Positions 44,001 to 52,735 of a stretch of DNA of 64,000 nucleotides are shown one piece after another. Under the pieces are notes generated by a model. It was not told the origin of the DNA, did not search any database, and saw only the letters and a program-made list of their open reading frames with translations. The first letter of the stretch is position 1. Every line of letters begins with the position of its first letter. The stretch is from assembly GCA_963749155.1 (NCBI GenBank), contig CAVVLO010000002.1, forward strand, positions 480,001 through 544,000, written 5' to 3'. The position numbers and the translations under genes are program-made. Source of the DNA: an uncultured Armatimonadia bacterium. GTDB taxonomy: Bacteria; Armatimonadota; Zipacnadia; CAVVLO01.

Positions 44001-44642
44001 AGGTAGTTCTCCACCTGGATATGACCCGATAAAGAGATCGGTGTCGCTGGTCTGACCGAGGGCATCCCACACCGCTGAGGCGCGCAGATTGCCGTTAACA
44101 TAGGCCTTCACGCGCATCTTGCCCTCGCCGATAGCCTCATACGTCGCCGCGAGATGATACCAGACACCCGGCAGCGGCCCGCCGCTGGCCTGATCGAAAA
44201 GATAGATGAAAGGCCCGCCGTAGATGTTCGCCTGCACCGTGCCGTCGCGTTGGTAGATGAAATGCCAGTTGCCCGCGCCAGGCTTGCCCTTTGAGGCGAG
44301 GATCTGGCCCGGTGACCCCGCGAACCGCGCCCAGAACTCGACCGTGAAGTGTTCGTGCTCGCTCAGCTCGGGGGTAGAGGCGACCTGCAGCCAGCCCTTG
44401 CCGCCGAAGTGGAGGGCCGAATGGTTGGGCGCCTGATTCAGCGGCAGCAGCGCAAGGGGCACTTCCTCGATGAAAGTCGGTGGTTCTCCGTTCGCGACGG
44501 CGACTGGGACCCCGGCTTCCCCTGGGGTAGCTATGACCTGCTGGCCAGCGCTGCCCCCCTCGAACCGCCACCAGGCGGCAAAGCTCTGCGAAGCCAGCAA
44601 TATCAACAGGCCAAATACGGCCAAAATCAAGCGCAGGTCCAT
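41046..44642 (-). CDS. Secreted LamG + malectin-like + GH127-like (beta-L-arabinofuranosidase family) fusion protein; frameshifts near 43498, 41998 and 41290
   Basis: Joins ORFs 43431..44690, 41969..43678, 41269..41985 and 41046..41294. LamG: FTVEFW, WYHLAATY, FTGDMDEFRF. Malectin-like: PGKRVQKVVLDG...FDV. GH127: HIHA, ETC, WFCC, LYVNDYLPS, LRLPSWA, GYATVERRWQHGD, RGPVILA. Confidence 0.8.
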
Positions 44643-44661
44643 CGGAACCTCCCTGGTCTTT

Positions 44662-46080
44662 TCAAACGAAATCTGGATAACGCTGGGCAAGCGCGGTCAG
44701 CAACTGTTCGAAGCCTTGCGCGCGCGCGCTCAAGACCAGTTCCCGGAAGAAGGTCTCAGGAGGCAAGCTTGCGTCAGGCGCCTCACCTATACGCCACAGC
44801 TCTGCAGCCTGACGCATCGCGGCCGCGCCAACTCTCGGGTCGGCTTTCCCGTCAGGCCCCTTGATTGAGTTGATCGCCGAGCCTGCCAGGAACAACACAG
44901 GATTGCCTGCCAGGTGGCTTGCGACGTCCTCCAGATTATGGATGATGTTGCCCTGGTCCAGCCCGCCCGCGCGCGTCACCATCACAGGTTTGATGCCCTT
45001 GATTGGCCGCGTCAGCACCTCTTCCGACTTGCGCCACTCGAGTCCCTGAGGCCGCAGCAGCGGGTGACCAAGAGCCAGGGGCGCCGTCTGGCGGAAATCG
45101 ATGCCATCCAGCCGGGCCAGCAGGTCCAGCACCTCGCGCCAGATAGCCAGTGTGCGCGCGTCTATGCCGCCGTTGTGGCCGTAGATGACGGGGGGCTCGG
45201 GCAGGTGTTTCGTGTGGTCGCGCACCAGGCGAGTGGCCCCGCCTAAATATTGCTCCGAGAACATAACGCCCGTCGCGCCCGCTTCGAGCACCTCGTCCAG
45301 CACCGCAAGCAGCCTGTCCGGTGGCGCGGTGATGTGGGGGCAGAAGAGCAAACCGCGCCCCTCGCGCTCGGGCAGTGCCCTCTCGACGGCCTGTGCCGCA
45401 AGCCTCGCCCGCTGGCCTGCTGGGCTGTATGGCAGGTCGGGGAAGAGATTCTCGTCCTCCTTTACAAAGAGGAAAAGTGACTGCTGAGCAGCTGCCTCTA
45501 CAAGATCGGCAACCTCCTCTGGCGTGATGCCCGCTGTCGGCTTGAGGATAGTGCCAAAAGCAGGCTCTCCCGCCGGCCAGTTGGTGCGCTGAACTACACC
45601 ATGACAGCCATAGGCCGGCCCTGGGAAGCCCTCTATCACCGACTGCGGCAGGTTGAGGTCCAGCAGTTTTGCCTCCGCGAAATCCCAAAGCGCGAGGATG
45701 CCTGCTCCTGCCGCAATATGCAGCAGGTCGGTCGAATAATAAGTCCCATCGGCCCGCTCGAACTGCTTCACTGGGAAAGCTACCCGTACCAGCCCTACCT
45801 TGTGCTGGGTGTCCCAGGCGCGCACGCCGGCGACCCAGCCAGTGCACTGGGCGACCAGCGAGCCGGGCTCGGGGTGCTTGGTGGCAGAGGTCATATGGTA
45901 CGAGATGGCCTCTCCCGCCTCGGTCAGATTGCCATATCGGGCGCGGATGAAATAAGTTGCCACGATGGCGGTCTCATCTTCCGGCACGTTGGCCCAAAAA
46001 TCCGCCTCATCGTATACGCGCCGGCGCAGCTCCGCCTCGCGCTTGTCCAAATCAAGCTCAAATAGCTCCATATCATCCAT
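44662..46080 (-). CDS. RuBisCO-like protein (form IV), highly divergent
   Basis: Large-subunit fold motifs VRVAFP, FPGPAYG, GTILKP, FVKEDENL, YGHNG, LARLDGID, RAGG and LAGSAI. No small subunit or phosphoribulokinase gene in the window. Confidence 0.9.
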   Translation of the reverse strand: MDDMELFELDLDKREAELRRRVYDEADFWANVPEDETAIVATYFIRARYGNLTEAGEAISYHMTSATKHPEPGSLVAQCTGWVAGVRAWDTQHKVGLVRVAFPVKQFERADGTYYSTDLLHIAAGAGILALWDFAEAKLLDLNLPQSVIEGFPGPAYGCHGVVQRTNWPAGEPAFGTILKPTAGITPEEVADLVEAAAQQSLFLFVKEDENLFPDLPYSPAGQRARLAAQAVERALPEREGRGLLFCPHITAPPDRLLAVLDEVLEAGATGVMFSEQYLGGATRLVRDHTKHLPEPPVIYGHNGGIDARTLAIWREVLDLLARLDGIDFRQTAPLALGHPLLRPQGLEWRKSEEVLTRPIKGIKPVMVTRAGGLDQGNIIHNLEDVASHLAGNPVLFLAGSAINSIKGPDGKADPRVGAAAMRQAAELWRIGEAPDASLPPETFFRELVLSARAQGFEQLLTALAQRYPDFV

Positions 46081-46104
46081 CTCGTAACCTCTTCCCCTCT
46101 ACGT

Positions 46105-46896
46105 TCAGGCTAACAGCAGATCGATTCCAAGCTCGTCCAGCACCACTTTTGCCTCTGGTGAAGGTGCAGCATCAGAGATCAGCACATCAACATCGGAAAG
46201 CGGGATGGTCCCATGCAGTGAGGACTTGTCAAATTTACCTGCATCGGCTACCAGCAGCACCTGCTCGGCACAGGCGATGGCAGCGCGTTTCATTGGCACT
46301 TCTTCCGCTGCGGACAGCGTCAGCGCCCTGCCCTGGAAATCAATTCCGGCGGTACCCAGTACCAGCTTGCGGCAGCGGAAACCGCGGATGGCCTCCTCCG
46401 CCTGATAACCCACCATCGAGTGAGTGTGTCGCAGGTACTGGCCTCCAATGAGGAACAGATTGATGCCAAGCGAACTCTTGAGCGCCTCGACTACTTCAAG
46501 AGAGTGCGTGACTACTGAGAGATGCCGCCGGTTGGCAATCTCCCTGGCGACCATCAGGGCGGTAGTGCCAGCGTCCAGATAGACGGTATCGCCTTCGTAG
46601 AGGAGCCTGGCCACTCTGCGGGCGATGCGTTGTTTGACCTCAAGGTGGTAGTTCATACGCAAGCTGAAGTCCAGCTCGGCGCCGACGGGCGCCTGGCGGG
46701 GATACGCGCCTCCGTGAGAGCGACGCAAAAGTCCTGCTCGCTCGAGCCTATCCAGGTCGCGCCTGATGGTGACCAGATTCACCTTCAGTTCTTCGCTCAG
46801 CTTTGACACATCTACGTAACCATCTGCCAGTAATAACTCGCAGATGCGATCGCGTCTTCTGATGCCACCTAGACCCCGGTTGCTCACTTGACTCAC
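46105..46896 (-). CDS. DeoR/GlpR family transcriptional regulator
   Basis: VNLVTIRRDLDRLE...RSHGGA helix-turn-helix; YLDAGTT, VVTHS and LVADAGKF sensor domain. Confidence 0.95.
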   Translation of the reverse strand: MSQVSNRGLGGIRRRDRICELLLADGYVDVSKLSEELKVNLVTIRRDLDRLERAGLLRRSHGGAYPRQAPVGAELDFSLRMNYHLEVKQRIARRVARLLYEGDTVYLDAGTTALMVAREIANRRHLSVVTHSLEVVEALKSSLGINLFLIGGQYLRHTHSMVGYQAEEAIRGFRCRKLVLGTAGIDFQGRALTLSAAEEVPMKRAAIACAEQVLLVADAGKFDKSSLHGTIPLSDVDVLISDAAPSPEAKVVLDELGIDLLLA

Positions 46897-46900
46897 CCGC

Positions 46901-46940
46901 GCACGAATTTCGCACCAATCGTGCAGGAATCCTGCACGAA
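46901..46940. promoter_or_regulatory. Candidate DeoR operator: perfect 21-bp inverted repeat plus phased heptamers
   Basis: TCGTGCAGGA-A-TCCTGCACGA at 46919-46939; GCAC(G/C)AA at 46901, 46912 and 46934 (11-bp phase). Confidence 0.55.
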
Positions 46941-46944
46941 CGAT

Positions 46945-46973
46945 AGTATATTCTGCTCGTTATCTTCTCTCAA
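46945..46973 (-). promoter_or_regulatory. Putative sigma70-type promoter of the deoR-RLP operon
   Basis: Minus strand TTGAGA-N17-TATACT; the predicted start site falls in the palindrome. Confidence 0.6.
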
Positions 46974-47010
46974 GCGGCAAGGCTACAAATTGACGGTGAA
47001 GGTGAGCAGG

Positions 47011-50000
47011 ATGCAACCAGGAGCACTTGTGCTTGTTCTGATTATGTTGTTGATGATTGCTGGTCTGGCTCGAAGTTCAGGGCAGGCGCCGATCCAGGAG
47101 GGCCTGGTGTTGTATCTTGATGCGGCATCTCAGGTCGCAAAAGGTGGGCCAGGCGCTGACAATTCTCTTTGGACAAATCTGGCTACCGGCAATCCAGGCG
47201 CCCTGGGCGATGCTGTGCTGAGGCGCGCAGGGGAAGGCCCAAAGGCCGGTTGGATAGGCACTGGCACAAGCTGGAATCCCTATGCCCTCAGGTTCGATGC
47301 GGCCACCCTCTGGGCAGAGGGCACTGGCGACTATACGGTCTTCCCAAATGTGACCCTCGAGGCCTGGGCCTTTGTCGAGGGAGCGGGCAACAACCTGAAA
47401 GCCGGCGCGCGCAACTGGCGCGGAGCGACTCTGGTCACCAGTGATTTTGGCCAGGGCGGGCTGGGATTGCTCATCTCACCCGAACGAAGCCAACCGGTGC
47501 TGCTCGGAGGCCGTCAGCATGTGCCGTCCGCGGTTTCGACGCCACTAAGGACCTGGCTCCATATCGTGCTTGCAATGACTGGAGATGAGGGGCGCCTGTA
47601 TGTGAACGGCGAACCCCAAGGCAGCGTTAATCTGCCGCGTTCGGCCTATAACGACCCTGCGCCGGGCTATCTGCTGGGCTGCGCGCGTCAGGCGAAGAAC
47701 GAGTATGTAGAGGCCGACGGGCTGGAGGGCGCCCTCGCCGTGGTGCGCGTCTACGACAGAGCACTGTCAGGCAAAGAAATCGCCCAGTGTTTTGCGGCCG
47801 AGTGCGCCCAGTTTGGAGTGGAGGCCGCCTCTGAAAAGCCGCCTGTCCTTGCCTCTCGACTGCCTTCCTTGCCAGGCCTTGCGCCCGCTGCGCCGGCTCG
47901 CGCGGTAAAGTGGGATTACTATGCGGAGCCACCTGCCGTAAGCGGCACCTGCCATACCCGACTACCCCGGCATCGCCCGTAACGCGCGCCAGGCTTTCGA
48001 TGGCTATCCTCAGCGGCTGGATCAGGCAGCTTCGAGCACCCACTGGGAGGCCGACCTCACCAAGGGCCCGGCTGTCGCGACCATCAACTACAAGCGGCAG
48101 GTGGCGATAACGCGCTTCGTGCATATCCCGATGTATCATCGCTGCTTTCGAGACGTGGATATCGAAACCAGTGAGGACGGCGAGACCTGGCGCCTCTTGC
48201 AACGCTTCGAGGGTCTTTCCCTCGAGCCCGCTCAGGTGCTGGGCATCGACAAGCCCGTCCTCTCGCGCTTCTACCGGCTGGTCGTGAAGGCGCTGACCAG
48301 TGGCACCCAGTTGATGACCCAAGAGATCGAGACCTGGTACGGCGCAACCCTCGGCAACGTGACCTCCATCGCGCCGCTTGTGCAGTCGGAAGCCGGCCAT
48401 ATCCAGGTGCGCATTGCAAGTAATGATGCGCCACTGGAAGGCGCCCGGGTGCGCCTCATCGCGCCAGCCGGGACACTGGAAGGCCCACTGGAAACTGCTC
48501 TCCCCTCCCTCAAAGCCGGCGGTATCGCAGTCGCAAACTTCGCGCTGACGCCGCTTGCCTGTGGCCCAGTAGCGCTGCAGGTTCAGTTATTGGCCGGTGA
48601 GGCAGTGATTGATGAGGAACCAGCCACCTTGCAGGTTGCGTCCAAGCTTGCCCTCTCTGGTGCGGACCTCTCCTGTGTTGTGGCTGAAGCCGGGCAGCAG
48701 GTGAAGCTCGCTGGCACGGTAACCAACGCAGGCACGACGCCTGCCCTCGTGGCGAAGGTAAAATGGCTCGGTAAGACCGCGAAACTCGGAGACTTGCCGC
48801 CTGGCGCGACGACTGACTTCTCACTGACTGCGACGGCAAAACCTGGCTTCGAGGCGGGGACCCTGGTCCTCAGAGCCGAAGGCCAGACGGAGACTGTTCT
48901 GTGCAAGCCGGTCCTCTGTGCGAAGGAAGCCAGCTTTGCCTTGATTACACCCACTGTCACCTCGGATTGGAAGCTTGCCGAGGGAGCAGTCCGTTTCGAG
49001 CTCTGGCGCGACGATGACACTCACGTCAACGGTTCTCTGCGATTGCTGACCGGCGGCCAGCAAGTGCCTCTGGTGCCCGTCGGGAAGGTCGACGGCGCGC
49101 CCGCGCTTGCGGCGCCGGTGCCCGGAGCGACGCTCTTGCTGCGCCTGGTCACCTCAGGCTACGACGTCTGCTGGCAAGCCCAACTCTTCCCAAGCGATCC
49201 TAATCCGACGACTCCGCCCATTTCTGACTTTGAACTACGCCTCTCCGTCGATAAACCGAAAGTGATGTTCCGTCCGCATATAGACTGGTACACCGTCGAG
49301 GAAGGCCCCAACTATCCGGCCCTTAGCAATGGGCACAACAGCGCCACCCGGATGCTGGCCGTCGAGACCGATTCGGGCACGTTATCTCTTGTGCCCGACA
49401 CCGACAATATGACCTGGGGCTTCTCCCCGGAAAACGAGCTGACCATCGCCTTCCACACGCCCCTGACCCCGCCCGATGCGCTGGGACGAGACCTCTGGGG
49501 GCCAATTGAGGAAAGCCCTCTGGCCTTCCTATTGCGCCTGCCACTCACTGCCGGCGACTGGTGGGAAGCCTATCGGTACGTAGTGAAGGATGTTTTCGCC
49601 TTCGAGCAACCGAGGCAGTGGGCGCTGCCTGTTACCCAGATGCAACTGCTGACGACGCGTTATTCGATGCGGCCAGAGGTGTGGAGCGAGAAGTACCGGA
49701 TGGTGCGCTCGCACCCAGGGATAGACTTCTTCTACAACTTCTACGGAGTCACCTACAACATCCCGGCTCTCTACGGCTGGTATCTGGTGACCGATGACTC
49801 TTCGGCGAAAGCTCTGGCGGAGCGCGAAGTCGAGTGGTTGCTAGAGTTGCAGGAGCAGGAAGGCCCCCTCGCCGGAGCCTGGTTCTCGATGTACTGCGTC
49901 GACCCGACTACCCCTAGCGGCCTCATCGGCCTCGACCAGGCCTGGAATCGCTGGTGCCTGCCGCATGCGACCGGCACGACGGTCAAGACATTGTTGTGGT

Positions 50001-51190
50001 ACTGGGAAGCCAGCGGCAAGCGCAACAGCGAGGTGTTCGCCGCCGCCGTGCGAGGGGCAGAATGGCTGCTTGCGACCCAGCGGCCGGATGGCGCGTGGAC
50101 GTATGCCTTCGACCTCGAAGGCAAGCCTGTCTCAGAGCAAAGCGGCGCGGGGCAAATTTGGTGCACCTGGGCGCTGTGGAAACTATGGGAATACACCGGC
50201 GAGGAGCGCTACAAGCTGGCTGCCCAGCGCAGCCGCGACGCCTTCAAGCGCGACTTTATGGACCAGCATCGCTATATGGGCTACTGGGAGGACGTCTCAG
50301 GCGCTGGGGGTAGTGTCGCGCGCAGTTGGGAGGCTTACGAGCCTGCCATCGCTTGCCTGGTGTTCGCCGAGATGGGCGATAACGACCTGGCGCTCTGGTG
50401 CGCCAAGGATGCCGCCACCTGGAGCTGGACTCGCGTCACCACTACGCGCCAGCCTGAGACCTCCCTCGGGGAGACTACCGAGCAGTCGCTGTGCGGGCCC
50501 TCTCAGGCGCAAAGCCCGATGACCGCGGTGGGGATGCAGCGTCTCTTCGAGCTGACCGGCGATCCGATCTGGCAGGATTTCGCCGGTGCGATGAAGGCAG
50601 TTAACTTCTCTGCCGATCCCGACCAGGCGTATGGGATGGTCGCCACCAGCGGTTGGGGCGACCCGCTGCACGGGGTTGCCAGTCCGCCCTACGAAAATTA
50701 CAAGCCCTTCATCACACCCAACAACAGTCTGGGCGATGAATACGGCCGGCAGGTATGGAACAACTGGTGCACCGACCAGTTCGCCTGGCTTGCGCTCGAA
50801 TGGCTGGTGCGAGAGGGTAATCTCCGCGCCCCGAATCACTTCTCACTGGACATCAATACCTACCGTGGGACGGTGCTTGGGCAGCCCGGACGCGTCCGGA
50901 TGCCCGAGGAGAAGTGCGATGTGACGCCGATCGACCACCTGGACATCAACTGGGTGGGGTACGAGAACGCCGATCATTACGTCCTGCTGGTGATTAACCA
51001 CAAGGAGCAGGTCACGGTGGCTGTCCGCCCGCATGAGGCGCATCTAGGTTGTTATTCGCGCCCGCCTCAAGTGGCAATCGGAGCAGGCCAGGAGTGGCAA
51101 GCAACCCCGACCGACCAGCGAGGGTTGCAGTATTTTGTGACTATCCCTATCGGACAGAACGCCTTGTTCGTGTGGGACAAAATCAAGTAG
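47011..51190 (+). CDS. Secreted ~1,390-aa protein: LamG + discoidin/F5-8-like + Ig-like + (alpha/alpha)-barrel enzyme domain; frameshift near 47950
   Basis: Joins ORFs 46888..47982 (ATG 47011) and 48101..51190. Contains GLVLYLDAA, TLEAW, VRVYDRALS, IETSEDGETW, AEWLLATQRPDGAW and LWEYTGEERY. Confidence 0.8.
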
Positions 51191-51203
51191 AGGAGAGCGA
51201 CTT

Positions 51204-51548
51204 ATGCAGATCGTCGAAAAGCCGTGGGGACGCGAGGTGTGGATCGCCCACACCGATAAATACGCCCTGAAAGAGATCACTGTGAACGAGGGGCATCGGT
51301 CCAGCCTGCAATATCACGTGAAGAAACACGAACACATCTACATCCTCAAGGGCAAGCTGCAAGTCGAGTGGGAGAACGAGGCCGGCGAGATGGAAATTCT
51401 GGTGCTGGGTCCCGGCGAGGTCATCGAGAACAAGCCTGGCCGCAAGCATCGCGTGACCGCGCTCGAGACAACAACAATGATAGAAGCCTCAACGCCCGAG
51501 CTGGATGACGTTGTCCGCGTGGCTGACGATTACCAGCGGGAGAACTAG
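51204..51548 (+). CDS. Cupin-domain protein (mannose-6-phosphate isomerase type II-like)
   Basis: EKPWG, SSLQYHVKKHEHIYILKG, PGRKHR and EASTPELDDVVRVADDY. Confidence 0.9.
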   Translation: MQIVEKPWGREVWIAHTDKYALKEITVNEGHRSSLQYHVKKHEHIYILKGKLQVEWENEAGEMEILVLGPGEVIENKPGRKHRVTALETTTMIEASTPELDDVVRVADDYQREN

Positions 51549-51550
51549 CG

Positions 51551-52715
51551 ATGGGCGCCAAAGTGGTGTTGTTCGGCGCTGGCGCGACGGGTCGAGGTCA
51601 TGTTGGCCTGCTGGCCTGGCAGGCCGGCTGTGAGCTGGTTTTCGTCGAGCGCGACCCCGAGCTGGTGCGGCTGCTCTCCGAGACCGGCCGGTATGTGGTG
51701 CATTACACTGGGCGCAACGCCGTGCCGGACATCGAAGTGACCGGCTTCCGCGTGCTGCAAAGCGACCAGCGGCAACCCATCGCCGAGGAGATCGCAAGCG
51801 CCGATTTGGTGCTGACTTCTGTCATCGAGAAGAACCTGCCTGACGTCGCTCTGACCATCGCGCTGGCGGTGAAGATGTGCCGCCAGGCTGGACGCACCCA
51901 GCCGCTCAACTGCGTGGCCTGCGAGAATATGCCGGACAGCTCCTCCCAGCTTGGCGGCCACGTGCGCGCGCTGCTTGAAGAGGGGGACCTTGATTACTCT
52001 GAGCGCGTGTTCGCCTTCCCCGATTGTATGATCAGTCGGGTGGTGCCGAAGCCCGAACCAGACCCGCTGTTCATCACGACGGAGAACTACAACGAGTGGA
52101 CTGTCCGGGCCGAAGTTTTCAAAGGTCAAAAGCCTGAAGGCCTCGACGCAATGGAGCTGGTCACCAACCAGACCGCCCGTCTGGAGCGCAAGCTCTTCAT
52201 CCACAACGGAGGGCATGCCATCTGCGGCTATCTGGGCTGGCACCGAGGGCATCGCTATATCCACGAGGCAGTCGCGGATCCGGTCGTGCTGGCGGGGGTC
52301 GTCGGCGCACTGAACGAACTCGGCGACGTCATCCTGCGCAAGTGGCCTGAGTTTTCGCGCGAGGAGATTGATGCTTACAAAGCGGAACTGGGTGAGCGCG
52401 GCGCCAACCCAGCGATGAAGGATCCCGTAGCGCGCGTTGTGCGCGATCCGCTACGCAAGCTTGCGCCAGGCGACCGGTCTGCTTGGCCCGACGGCTCTGG
52501 CGGCGGAATACGGCTTGCCTCACGCCTACCTGGCCCAGGGCATCGCGGCGGTGCTACGGTACTTCTCCCCCGAGGATGAGCAGTCGGTCCGGCTGCGCGC
52601 CCTGCTTGCCGAGAAGCCACTTCCCACCGTGCTGGAAGAGGTCTGCGGCGTGCCATCGGAAAGCCCCCTCTCGGCTGAGATCGCGGCAGCCTATGAGGCC
52701 TTCAATCTGACCTAG
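51551..52715 (+). CDS. Mannitol-1-phosphate 5-dehydrogenase-like (MtlD-like) polyol/sugar-acid dehydrogenase; frameshift near 52478
   Basis: FGAGATGRG, VACEN, CMISRVVP, ERKLFIHNGGHA and DPVARVVRDPLRKL; the C-terminus is in ORF 52437..52715. Confidence 0.85.
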
Positions 52716-52735
52716 CTGTGCCTGGAGTGGAAATA

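Noticed and set aside
44662..46080. CO2-fixing RuBisCO / autotrophy
   Set aside because: Key carboxylase residues are missing, and there is no small subunit, phosphoribulokinase or activase gene in the window.
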